NCBI RefSeq assembly: GCF_964204645.1 | Contig: NC_134025.1 | Coordinates: forward strand, 29,802,299 to 29,866,298 | Direction: 5' to 3' | Source: Tubulanus polymorphus | Taxonomy: Eukaryota; Animalia; Nemertea | DNA length: 64,000 nt | Part shown: piece after piece, positions 14,901 through 26,742 of the stretch | How the letters are laid out: each line of letters begins with the position of its first letter | How positions within the stretch are numbered: the first letter of the stretch is position 1 | Made by a program: the position numbers and the translations under genes | Notes under the pieces: model-generated | Told to the model about the DNA's origin: nothing | The model's database searches: none | What the model saw: only the letters and a program-made list of their open reading frames with translations

Positions 14901-16206
14901 GTTCATAGACCCACAACTATGCAATCACTTAGGTATGATATATAGTTGACTATAAAGTCACTAAATTCAAGATGATGGAATTAATGGAATTTGATATTAA
15001 TCTATTTCAGAAAGTCATGAATCTAGTAATATGTACTTCTGTTTCCGATGGTTGCTCATAATGTTCAAAAGAGAATTCTCTTTCCCTCAGATCATGCGTT
15101 TGTGGGAGGTATGTACTTCATATTTTTTCTTTAAAATGCTGATCAAATGACTACCTCTACTATGACTATGAGGATACATGTTGGTTTCCATAGACAAGTG
15201 GCTGTCCAATATCAATAGTAGATAAAACCCACAATAAAAAGAAAAAACTATCTGGTAACTTAACGTTTCAACTCAATTCTATGAGCCATTTTCAAAAACT
15301 GAGTTGAAATGTTAGGCTATAAGATAGTTTTTTCTTTTTATTGTGGGTTTTATCTACTAATGCAGTGGCGGATTTAGCCTACCGCACTTGCTGCTAATGC
15401 GGTAGTCAACATTTTTCCTTTTTGATTCCTTGGAAAAAAGTACCCATATTAAAACAGGATTTTTCTCTTCCAAAACCCAGGAAATGTCATCTCAGCCCTT
15501 TAAATTTTTCAAAATTTTCTGGGGGAGGGCTGTAATGAAGATACATGTTTTTGTACTTGTAGGTTCACTGGACCGGACTGCCTGGTCCTAATTTCCATCT
15601 ATTGATCTGTATAGCTATACTAGATACAGAAAAGAACACGTTGATCGATAATGGCTTTGGATTCACTGAAATTCTTAAGGTATTCCATCGATTCCATTGT
15701 TCACAATTAGATTTTGTTCTGTTATTCATTTTAGTTAACTCTGAAATCTTAGCTCACGATACCATCTTAAAAGGGGGTCTTTAAGAATCGTGGGAACGCC
15801 AGTGTCACACAAACTTCAGAATTTAATCTCTTCTTTCAATTCTAAATCTGATTTATGTTGTTTGTTTGTTAATTACTAGCACATCAATGATATGTCTGGA
15901 ACGATCAATTTAGAGGAGACGTTATGTAAAGCAGAGTCGATTTACCTTCAACTGGTCAACTGTACGAATTTACCGAAGCAAATCTGTGAAATCATCGGAC
16001 GTGAAACGACCGATCGAGAAAGTGAAAGCGGTGGTTCATCTACGAGGATGAACGGAGGAGCAACTCCGGCGGGAACTCCGGGATCGATCTCATCCACGCC
16101 GAGTAATTCACAACAGATGATCCACGGAACGGGGACACCTCCTGATGATGACGACAGTTTAGAATTTGTGAATAATGTCGATAAGACAATCGGTATGTGG
16201 GCGTAG
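11956..16206 (+). CDS. TBC1D15: TBC1 domain family member 15/17 (Rab7 GAP), multi-exon
   Basis: Exons encode VIFCREGVFLH, YPALHFHQGG, TTLGGFSKVTNF, LRIEVWKFLL, DYFRMKLQWKSIS, EKDVNRTDR, GYVQGMSDLL, YFCFRWLLIMFKREF, NGFGFTEILK; the last exon is ORF 15892-16206. The start exon MEER|gtaac at 11956 is inferred. Confidence 0.92.
12801..13112. mobile_element. piggyBac-type MITE (TTAA-CCC...GGG-TTAA)
   Basis: ttaaccctttcagtg at the left end and gggttaa at the right end; related to 48763-49044 (inverted) and a partial copy near 37599. Confidence 0.6.
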
Positions 16207-17706
16207 ACATGGATACAAGGCAGCCTGCATCGCAGCCACAACCCTTACTCCTGAGAAAAATTCTTAGTGTGCGGATATCTTGAAGAAATAGGCCAAGAAC
16301 TAGGTGTTTTTGAAACCCATGTGGACTCTGAGGCATCAATTCTTTAAAAATTTACCACCCAGATCCCCCGACCCAGATCGCTAGATACACACGTCAGGGA
16401 TGAATCCAAACAGAGCACATGATCCAGTCACAATTCTCCTTTTTATTTCCACCCACAACTGAAAGAACAGCAGTCTATAGCACAAGATTCGGCTTATATT
16501 GTCTTTATTGTCCCTAAATGCCTAGAAATTTATGAAAATGCACTGGAATTTCTAAATTTTTCAGCCCTCTGTTTCGGCTACGCTCACTCTGCGTGGAAAC
16601 TTATAACTGTATTCCCTTTTCATTTCTTTGTATACTGTGCCTATCAAAGAAAGTCTACCCCTGGATGTGCCCCTGCGTGTACCCCCCAGTATCATGCTAC
16701 TGCTGATAGTCATCATTGGTGGGCATTCATAGCGTACGCTCGCGTCAATATGCTGGTCACTTCTCTCCTTCGAAAAATATTGTATTTATTTCGCGTGTGT
16801 ACTTTATGAATGTCCCTCGTTTTAACGTGATTTTATTTGTGTACATTTGATAAGGAATTGAAGGTGATAGCTGCAACATTAATTAAAATCGGATCCATGA
16901 ACAAAATAATTGTACATAAGTTGATCCCATTTGAAGCTATTTATTTGTATTAAATCAGTTAGGGATTTTTTCAGGATTCAAGTTGATTTTTTATCACGAT
17001 CTGTATTTTGGTGTTATGGTGATGAATGCTGAAACTATCGGGTAATTTCATTGTGCCCAAAATATATATTCGTATGCATATTGTGTATTTCTGATATTTT
17101 GTATGAAACAATAATCAAAACCTGCGAACCATCATTCCTTTCATAAAAGAGAACAAAAACTGCTGGTTTTAAGGGTTTGTTTCGGCTTGTTTGAACAAGT
17201 GCTTTAAAATATAACATGTATTTATCAATGTAACTCAAGAAATCTAATGTATGCACGAATCAATCTGCAGCTTTCAGGACCCAGTTCCACAGTTTGAGTT
17301 TAAAGTAGTTCATTTTCATTGATTCCGAGTCAAATGTCAACTAAGAACTGTGGACCTAGATGGGGGTCCTGGTCAATTTGATATTCGCAATACTTGTAGC
17401 TCAATTGCATCAGTATGTAATGAATATACTTAGTTTTCGATGGACTGACTAAATTAACATTTGATTATTATATTTTTTGGTTCCAATGTTTACTGAGCAG
17501 TTTCTAGCTGGTCTATAATCATCCAGAGAAGATAATGTGCTAGTATATATTCATTGTTATAACGTCTAATTTGTAAAAAATAAATCTCATAAAAAATGGT
17601 ATAAATAGAAATACATTGTCTATAATCATTATTCTGTTGTGAGTTATAGGTAACTCTTTAGTTGATATTCTGAGTCAATTCGTAAATCAGTTCTGCCTTC
17701 ATATTT

Positions 17707-19926
17707 TCAGGTATCATCCATACATAAACTGAGCACACTTTTCAAATCTTTTAAAACAGTTTCTGGTTGAACACTAAAGTTTGTTACATCAATGTTCATA
17801 AAGTCTTCATCGTTAAGCATATCCTCTAAAATTACTTGAATCTTTGATAGATCAAATTGCCAATGATAAACAGCGCACTGCGGCTCATTGTGCAGTAAAC
17901 ACAATTCAGATTGTCCTAGATCAACGCAGTTCTGTACGAGACCTCTTCTATTCTCCAGAATTATCAATAAATATCGGAAAAAATCCACATAATTAACACC
18001 ACTACTGGCTTTAAGAATTAGCTGAAAGATATAAGAAAAAGAAAAGACTATTAGCATAAAAAAATCAATGCAAGTGAGTACGAGGTTTATTTGAAGTTCA
18101 CCTGGCACTGTTTGACCCATTCACTCGCTTCCATCGTGACTCGACAATCTTCGATTTCATTTTGAACGTCTTTCAAACATGATTTTATATATTTCCAGCA
18201 GGTTTCCACATTACAACCATTAAACCAGTTATGATTTAAAGAGATTGTGTCTTCCTGAAATATCAAATCAACCTTATACAACACTGTCATGTTTTCTGAG
18301 ATGATCTTTCTACATGGCTAAGTGATGGAACGCTCATAATGTTGATGACTTATTCAAATGATGAAGTAATGTGACAACAGAGATATAGCGACTACCTCGT
18401 TGAAGACTTGATGATGCCATCCACTCGGTACAAAGATTATTTCACCCGAATTCTGTATGATTTCATATCGACTGGTGACTTTATCTACATTTGGATAAAT
18501 CGATTTATCCTTCAAATCATCGCTAGTCACGTCAAATGGTAGTTGACCGAGTTTATTCTTCAACAAATCTTCCTGCCCTTATATTCAAAATGATTACATG
18601 TATTCTTGAACGATTTTGATGTTGTGATTCGGGGCTGGGATTATAATCAACTAACCTGGTGCATAAAGAATCCATCTTTTACGACCACAGATATTAGCGG
18701 ACCAACTGTATGATCTCATCACATCAGCATGAAATGGAGTCCTGTCAATTACAACAAAACTTATGATCATTATGGAGCCCTGAACCATGTGAAGCCTGGA
18801 TGATCACTTAATGAAGGTGGACTGATATAAATGTCTTTAGTCTGGGGTTTGTAGTTCAATTTCAATTAAAAATATCTCGGGCGAAGTTCTGAACACATGT
18901 TAAGCGTGGATATTCGCCTTTTGAAAGTTTGTAATCACTTTTTGAAAGTTTGCCGATAAGATGTCTACCTGATACCTACCACGAACCTTTGGGGCCCATA
19001 TAAACAAACCGATAGTCATCAATATTCAGGTGATTACAATATTCATTCAACCAATCAGAGGTGAAATAAATCGGTGTCGTGTAAATATCACAGTCTGGAA
19101 AAGATCTGATCGAAAAAATCTTTGTTGAGTTTTAAGGCATTTTTTAAAACAGGTCTCTATAACAGTAGACTCCTAAATGGAAATAAGTGGGACCAGCTGG
19201 TGGGTGCAATCCAGTGTCTTTTTGGCCTAGCTAGATACTCTCCTGACCAGAGATTTTTGTTTGAGTTCAAACACTGGATTTTTATTCACTTTCTGTTATA
19301 ATGATTTCAAGATTTGTTAGAGATAATTCAACTCGAGTTAGAGGAGTCTACTGACACCGTATCTGATATATCTATTCACCTCATACAATGCCAATCTTTC
19401 AGATAATCACAAGGTAGTTGGTTTGAATAATCACTTTCCACGTACTTCATCCAGTAATCTAAATAATCTTTCATTGATTTATCCGATTTCGGATGAGAAT
19501 TAAATTCCTCTTTATCGCAATGAGCAATTGGCACAACAGCATCACCTGAATTTCAACAGTTTCAATCAGTTTTCATGTTTACTGAATTTCGATGAAAAAC
19601 CAATTCGTTAAGGGATTTTCTCTCCAAAATAAATGCGACATAAACGACATACCGAATGTAGTTTTAAGGAATGACCAATAAGGTTTATCATCGTCATCCG
19701 CTGAAACCCAGTTCTTCCTACAACCCCAGTCTTTAGTGATATGAGCTGCAAATACGCATGGTTTATTTGCGAGTAGATATTTTACGAAAAATTCTTCATA
19801 TGTAATTTCCTCATTTATCCGATCAATAACAGCCTCAGCAGGCGCAGGGTCACATTCCGTGCTGCCTTCTTCCGTCGATTCAAGTTGTTGTTGATGTTCA
19901 GTTCTAACTCTTCTGCACACTGCCAT
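17707..19926 (-). CDS. JMJD4: JmjC-domain 2-oxoglutarate/Fe(II) oxygenase JMJD4 (multi-exon)
   Basis: YEEFFVKYLLANKPCVF, YLKDWH, DYRFVYMGPKG, TPFHADV..SYSWSANICGRKRW, EIIFVPSGWHHQVFNE, EDTISLNHNWFNGCN, QCQLILKASSG motifs across exons. Confidence 0.93.
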
Positions 19927-20471
19927 ATGAGTAGTCTAAAAGTACCTGTTGTTCCCTGGTATTCAGACTCATCTCATTTTCATCTCAGTAGTCTACTCTA
20001 AAAGTACCTGTCCCAGCCTAAGCCGTTGTTCCTGGTTTCAGACTCATCTCAGTTGTGTTGATCAGGTGCCGTGTTTAATTGGAAGGGAATTTAATTGGAA
20101 GGGACACTAGATTTAACTTTTATTTGATCGACACAGGAACCAGTTCCTGACGGTTTTAGGCGGTTCCTGACGGTGTTTAGTATGACCGATCTGACCAAAG
20201 GTTATTTCGGATAGCTAAGAAACTGAAGCCAGCCGCAGTGTGATGAGTTCGAGTCCCTAAATTTGGAACTGGAGAAACTGCTGTTGGTTTCCCAAATTGT
20301 ATTCAACAATGACCAGGGACGTGTAACTTATCTGAAGATTACATTTCTTATGAAAAAAAAGTAGCTCGACTAAAGCACCCCACTTTTTATGTGCTGTGCT
20401 CAATTAAATGCAGACCAGCTCAGAAATATGAAGGGATCGTGACACAAATACATAAATATTTTCTGAATCGT

Positions 20472-20746
20472 GCACTGTCACAGGGGCGGATCTAGGATTT
20501 TCCATGGGGGGGGGGGGGTGTCCAATGAGAAAAAGGGGCACTTTTTACGAAACACCACGTACTCCGGATACACAATTTTAGGGGGTGGTTTCGGTCATTT
20601 CATGCGATGAAAAAATATTATAGGTGGAATTTATAAAACCTTGGTCAAAAAAATTTTTTGGGTGACATTTTTGAGGGCACTTCAAAGTTGAGGGGGGGGG
20701 TCCGGACACCCCGACATCCCCCCTAGATCCGCCCCTGTGCCAGTGC
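20472..20746. mobile_element. MITE-like element with CAGGGGCGGATCTAGG terminal inverted repeats inserted in cluster 1
   Basis: gcactgtcacaggggcggatctagg (20472-20496) and cctagatccgcccctgtgccagtgc (20722-20746), one mismatch; no ORF; absent from the equivalent spacers at 26920-26980 and 28945-29010. Confidence 0.75.
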
Positions 20747-20787
20747 TTGTACGGTAGGATGTACTGTGAGGATGAGACAAATGATCA

Positions 20788-20856
20788 TTGTTACCAGCAC
20801 TGACCTGTGCTAATTACTGATAAATCACACCAGCACAAAGTCAGTGCTATTATCAG
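20788..20856 (-). ncRNA. Hairpin type A example; predicted 3p UAGCACAGGUCAGUGCUGGUAA (20812-20791)
   Basis: Arms CACUGACUUUGUGCUGGU / AUUAGCACAGGUCAGUG; apical UGUG at the start of the loop; CAUC (CNNC) at +17 from the predicted 3p end. Confidence 0.8.
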
Positions 20857-20920
20857 AGATAACCTCGACATCTTTCAAACGTGTTGGAATCCTTCCTGCG
20901 TCTGTGTAGATCACGACATC

Positions 20921-20988
20921 ACAGATCCCCACATACTCATGTGCTAGTGTTTTATAAATAACCAGCTCAGGAATATGAAGGGATCTGT
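20921..20988 (-). ncRNA. Hairpin type B example; predicted 3p UAGCACAUGAGUAUGUGGGGAU (20946-20925)
   Basis: GAUCCCUUCAUAUUCCUGAGCUGGU pairs with ACUAGCACAUGAGUAUGUGGGGAUC at 22 of 25 positions including G:U; CUAC (CNNC) at +16. Confidence 0.8.
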
Positions 20989-21033
20989 AACAACTTGTGT
21001 GCCTTCAATCATAATTTCTGTCGAGTTTTGTCC

Positions 21034-21101
21034 TTTGCCCTGGTATCATTTGGTGCTAGCAAACAAACATTAAACGAGCTCTCAGATGATACCAGGAGAA
21101 A
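21034..21101 (-). ncRNA. Hairpin type C example; predicted 3p UAGCACCAAAUGAUACCAGGGC (21058-21037), miR-29-family seed
   Basis: Stem CCUGGUAUCAU/AUGAUACCAGG; the 5' end UAGCACCA equals that of miR-29/285/995/998; CGAC lies at +14, slightly off the canonical position. Confidence 0.78.
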
Positions 21102-21148
21102 CATTTATACTTTAATTCTTGGTGATTTTAGGTGTCAGTATCTTGAAG

Positions 21149-21211
21149 CGCTCCCAGCACATGCCTGTGCTAGTAAACATCTAAAACTACCACGAGACTT
21201 GGACCAGGAAC
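21149..21211 (-). ncRNA. Hairpin type D example; predicted 3p UAGCACAGGC(A/C)UGUGCUGGGAG (21172-21151)
   Basis: Basal pairing GUUCCUGGU/GCUGGGAGC and apical pairing GUG(C/G)UAGU/ACUAGCAC; CACC (CNNC) at +17. Confidence 0.75.
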
Positions 21212-21840
21212 AATACAAAATAGAGAATAAGGATGAGACAAATGATCACTGTTACCAGCACTGACCTGTGCTAATTACTGATACATCACACCAGCACAAA
21301 GTCAGAGTTAGTTACAGAAAACTTCGAAATCTTTCGCGTTTGAATCCTTTTTCGATGAGTAAAACACCACAGATCCCCCCATATTTATGTGCTAATGCTC
21401 AATGAACGACCAGCTCAGAAATATGGAAGGAGTCGTGATATAAGTATTCACATGTAGTTCGATGCACTCCTAGTGCAAGCTCAGGTAGATGAGACAAATG
21501 ATCACTGTTACCAGCACTGACCTGTGCTAATTACTGATAAATGACACCAGCACAAAGTCAGTGTTAGTATCAGAGAAAACCTCGACATCTTTCAAATCTT
21601 TTATTTATTCAGATCTGAATAACACAATATCACAAATCCCCACATATTCATGTGCTAGTTGCTTTGTTAAAGACCAGCTCAGAAATATGAAGGGATCTGT
21701 AACTTGTGCATGTACTCGCAATGATTTTTTCTACCCGCTTAACTGCCATGTTCGCTCAACATTGTTTAGTCCATTTTTTAGTCCAATCCTCGATGTAAGC
21801 ACTAGGTATAATGATGTAAAGCTGTCTGGCTGACCAAGCG

Positions 21841-22068
21841 TTGAATGATGAACGATGGCAAAGGGGACCCATTTTTATCTAAGAGACGTTAGCTTAATTG
21901 AGTAAATTAGTGTTTTAGTTTTGAGACACACGAGTGATCATCAGTGATCGATATTCTCAATGTTTGTTTAATTAGTACTAATTAATACTCAAACTCGGGT
22001 TTAGGTTTAGAAGTTTTTTCTCTAAGTGGCGCCTGTCTGATTGTCGAACAAACAAATAATCGACAAAC
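21841..22068 (-). promoter_or_regulatory. Putative promoter of miRNA cluster 1 (duplicated block)
   Basis: Similar to 31026-31262. On minus, GATAAAAA (G at 21879) lies 33 nt upstream of the A of the Inr-like TCATTC (21848-21843). Palindrome TTAATTAGTACTAATTAA at 21968-21985. Confidence 0.55.
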
Positions 22069-22484
22069 TGTTATCAACAAGATAAAAATTCTATCCTTGG
22101 CCAGAGACGATTCAAATAAAATACGTTATTGTAGTTGAAAATATATTCCTTCGACTCTAGTAAAGCTTGGAGTAATTGCTCCAAGGGTATAAAGTATTAT
22201 AGCCCAAAAAAGTTTTAATAGCATCAATTTTCGCTAGTACCTTATAAAAAAGAATATAATCAATTTAGGTGCATCCAAAATGAAACATATTTACACCATA
22301 AATTGTTTTCATGCGTAAAGAAGGGGGCATGATATGGGACCTAGAACCACGAATATCGGTGAAGTGAAACAATAAACAGATTTCGTACTTGACATATAAA
22401 GGTCAGGTTAAGTGTTAATTGGAGAATTGTATCATATCAGTCATTGTTCAGTAGGCTGTTGGTTGATGCGGATGTGAGGTGAAG

Positions 22485-25400
22485 ATGGCTTCTCTTCCTA
22501 TACGACTTTTAGGGCTGATGTTATTAGCTGTCAGTCTATTGCAGGTTGATGGACAGGACGGTAAGTAAAGGACTGAAACTTTCTTGATCTTGCCATGACG
22601 CAGATTTTCTTCGAACGGAAAAGGTCATCATCTTCATGATGATGAAACAGAATAATAGTGTACTAGGATATGGCTTTACAATGATAGAAAGAACAGGCAG
22701 TGCAGCTGGACCTTTTTGAAAATTTCGTCATATTTGTCATACGTATTTGCATATCGCTTTCGGTTTTTTTAACATCGTTCAGAGGGAAGGATCTAAGAGG
22801 GCGGGTTGACTATGAATGAGAAGGCAAGATCCAAGTGAGCATTGCATGCGTGTGAAGCAAAAATATATAGGGTATGGAAATTAAAGGGCATGAGGGAAAT
22901 ATTCGAAATATGCTGGGTTTTTATTCATTGTTGGTTTTTGCGCGCGGATGCCCCGAACCGACCCTTGGTTCCGTAACTGTTGCTCATTAGAAACATATTT
23001 TTGGCGGCATTCAAAAGGCCATCGGAATGCTTCAAACAATATCCCAGAGTAGGAACTCCGACCCCGTTTTGCCGATTATGATTGAACGTGTTTTATGAGA
23101 TGTACGAGTTTTGTCCATCATTAGATACACACTCAGTATCCGCCCATGATGATAACGATGTCAAGAGAGTGTTATGGAATATGTGTCAAAGATGATGGAA
23201 ACTGTTTTATTCGCCCTGGGATCAACGAAATGTATATTACATACATTAATTACGCGTATAATCACCGGGAATTAGAATGGTTATTCTGTTCCAATTAACG
23301 TTAGAGTGAGATATGTGCACTTAATGATTTTTTTTTCATGAAAAAGTATGTAATTGAAACACAAAGTAGCGCTGTAGCCATAGAAAACTTTATACGAATA
23401 TACCTCTTTGAAATCTGAAATAACTGTCTTACATAACATTCTTACTTAGAATGTACAATTTATATCATGTCTGTCCTTTATCTACGATCAACGGCCAAGC
23501 TGCCAACCATTCTCCAATTGCGATGAACGGACTATCAGGCAATGTCCAATAATACGGTAAAATCTTACAACACGGAAAAGAAAGATGAGTTTGAAAATTT
23601 TCTTTTTGAGCTAGTAGTTTATTTCGACGTTTCGACTAAATCAATCATCTTCAGGAATGCTTATTTATAACAGCAATTATGAAGTATATATGTATGAAGT
23701 ATATATGTATATACAATCTAGAACAAAAAGAATCAAGTATAATACAACATAGAAAAAATAACACTACATTCGTCATTATACAAAGAAGTAACCATTGATA
23801 CGATGTAAGCACTCTGTTAATTCTTTGCACTGCAATTCTATTCTAGTAGAAAAATGATACAAACCATTATGACTGACAAAAGAAAAGACTTTGTGTCAAA
23901 ATATTCAAAAAGTACACTCATTATTGATATCATCAAAGACTAGTCATAATGAATTTGTTTATAGAATTTATAAAACTTCAACAAAAGTTCGTTCTTTCAT
24001 TTATGCAATAACTGACGATTATTAATCTGTTCTGTTTATAACTGTTGCAGTAAGTCAATATCAACGCCTCTTCCAAGACCTGTTTTCAAACTACGATAGA
24101 CGAATTCTCCCGAGGAAAGACCAGAAAACCGTTCAAATACAATTCGGCGCAGCACTGATTAAAATAAATGAATTGGTAAATACGTTATATAGTGGACAAT
24201 ATCTCTATCTTCATGAATAAACATTATTCCTGATACAACGAGGGATGGGCATCTGAATAAATCCGATGTGAAATTTTCAAAATATCCCAGAAATATTGGA
24301 AATGTGCCCCTTTAGCCTTTTTCAGGACCCTCTGCTCCCCCCCCCCCACTCAATTGAAGTGCTTATTGTAGTTGTCAGTAACATCTCGAATGCGTCAGAA
24401 AATACAGGGCATAAATACGAGCAGGAATTTACTTTTCAAATATCTTTTTTCTAGAGTGAACGACAACAAATGTTACACGTGAACCTATGGCTTCGTATGG
24501 TAAATATATATAACTAGTGATTTCAGTTCAGTTTTGTTAATGCATGATCATTACATGAATCGTCTGGCGTTTTAACAATTTTGTTATGATTAGCATTGGA
24601 ATGACTTTCGTCTGGTTTGGACTCCTGCTGATTATGGTAACACCAGTGTTTTTCGTGTACCTGCCGATAATATTTGGTACCCGGATCTTGTCTTGTACAA
24701 CGAGTAAGCTAAAGTCTTAACACAGCCTTTTAAATGATCCAAAACTCAATCGTCAAAAGATATATATGTGATATTTTTGCGAATGTGACAAATTGTATGT
24801 TCTTTGATTCAGTGCCTCGGGTGGATTTGCTATACCAAGTGTAAACGGTAATGCTCACGCATTGGTCTACTCGGATGGTTCGGTCTTATGGATTCCCCCT
24901 AAACAGTTTCAAGTCATGTGTGAGATAGAGACATCAAGATTTCCTCACGATAGACATACGTGTTCGATGAAATTTGGATCTTGGACGTATAGCGGAGACT
25001 TGGTAAGTAGGACTCCAGTCTGAACCTGTGTCATAATACTCATTATTATTTATGAGGTAAGTATAAAGCCATAGCCGTGTAACTGAGTTCTTGAAACGTG
25101 TCCCACTTGTATGGTGTGATTCAGATTTATCTTTGATAGTGCCAAGATTAGTTAATTTTAATTCGCGTTAGAAGCAATATTTGATTACCGCGGCCAATTG
25201 CCGATTTCTGACAGGTTCTAATATTGCCGCAGCGAATTTACTTCAATTTTGTCAAAAACATAGTATATTTAGAAAGAAAAAAAAACATAATGCAGTAAAT
25301 TATTGCCGCGCCTACGCCACTGAATTTTCAAGTTCTCTCCCTGAGTAAAATGACACAAACTGTGGAACTCCATCCTGCTTCAAAGTGTGTATTATAATTA

Positions 25401-26324
25401 TACAGCTCAATATGACGTATTACGAAGGCAGAGAGGATCTTGATTTGAGCGACTATTCGGCAAATGATGATTGGGAAATAGTGGCGTCAACCGGTCGCAG
25501 ATTCGATAAATTCTATCCATGTTGCGTCGAGCCGTATCCGGACATTACTTACAATCTGACTTTAAAACGTACAAATCCAGATTTCTACGTCACATCGATA
25601 TTTCTACCCAGTGTCATATTGACGTTCATCGTACCCTTCCTTTTCCTCATTCGACCCGACAGATACGAGAAATCCATTCTAGGTACGTGTGAAATCATGC
25701 GAAAGATTATCATTCTGGCAATTAACACTTTATGAAAATGTTTGGCGAAATTTCACTGTTTTATCTAGGGATTGGAGCAACGTTAGGACTTCTATTTTTG
25801 TTGAAGATTAGTCTAGATATTTTCCCATCTGCGATGAAGAAAACTCCCGTTATTCGTAAGTATAAAAGTATCAAGAATAAGCTTTGATAATTTGAACGAT
25901 CCGTTTGATTATCTGATGTTTCTTTTTAACAGTAATGTTCCAAGCTGGTGGTTTATTCCTGGCCGGAATAGGTTTACTGATCACTCATATTCACGGTAAC
26001 TTATGGATCTCTAATTTCAAGAATTCGCCGCCGAATTGTCTTACATCGGTAAGTTATCCTATCTTTTTTTCTAATGGTCGAAATGCAGTTGAAATCTCCA
26101 AAACGTGAATTGATGGCGCATGTTATTTATTTTAGTTGTGTGTCCAATGTTTTGGACGTATTACATGCGTTGGTGCTGATGATGATGGCGAACCTTTGAA
26201 TGGCGAACAAAAGTCAGCTGCGGCAAGTGAATGGAGATTGCTGATCGCGGCCTGCAATCGGTTCTTGTTCATCGTTTTTATTGTGCTTATCACTGTTCTT
26301 GCATTTATTTTGCTCACTCCTTGA
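22485..26324 (+). CDS. Nicotinic acetylcholine receptor alpha-like subunit (Cys-loop channel), multi-exon
   Basis: Signal peptide [23 protein letters not shown]; [17 protein letters not shown]; WNDFRLVW; [10 protein letters not shown]; Cys-loop [15 protein letters not shown]; KFGSWTY; loop [12 protein letters not shown] with vicinal cysteines; M1-M4 ending [21 protein letters not shown]-stop. Confidence 0.9.
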
Positions 26325-26742
26325 AATACATAAAAATTTCCGTTTGAGCTAGTTTCCATCAAGTCAAAAGCAAAGAGCGCTCAGTTCACAAGATATAGGT
26401 CTAAGGACCACACAATATACATCTAATCAATATGCACGAATTCGTTTATGTTTATAGCTTCATTTGGCATTATATGGTACAATTATATATAACAATCTAG
26501 CAGTCTATCTAATTCTAACAGCATGTAAAAAATCTTTTTGTATTGAATGGATTTTATTCGAATATAACATTTTTTCAAATAAACGTATGTTTAATAAAGA
26601 GCAATAAGAGTAAAATTTGACGAATTTTCGTCGTCTTCTTAAAAGTTATTTATCCAGTATATGATATTCATAATTTAATTGTTTCAATATCTGGGATCAT
26701 TCCTGGTACAGCTGTGTTAAAAGGAGTAGCATACGAAGATCA

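Larger units (their letters stand above)
20376..21700 (-). ncRNA. Candidate microRNA cluster 1: 9 tandem pre-miRNA-like hairpins (left-to-right order B*,A,B,C,D,A,B,A,B; * = degenerate)
   Basis: Hairpins at about 20376, 20788, 20921, 21034, 21149, 21249, 21372, 21505, 21632. The ~60-70 nt stems pair better on the minus strand (G:U wobbles, which are C/A mismatches on plus). Intact 3p arms begin UAGCAC. Confidence 0.82.

Noticed and set aside
20236-20260. tRNA B-box-like GTTCGAGTCC
   Set aside because: No cloverleaf or correctly spaced A-box could be built.
20788-20856. Hammerhead/retrozyme interpretation of the ctgataa...gaaa segment in type A units
   Set aside because: The core is CUGAUAA rather than CUGANGA and lies in the loop of a long hairpin; no three-way junction can be formed.
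21482-21488. CAGGTAG (Zelda TAGteam motif) recurring in spacers (also ~27232, 29257, 29990)
   Set aside because: The copies derive from one duplicated spacer, and Zelda is an arthropod-lineage factor not expected here.
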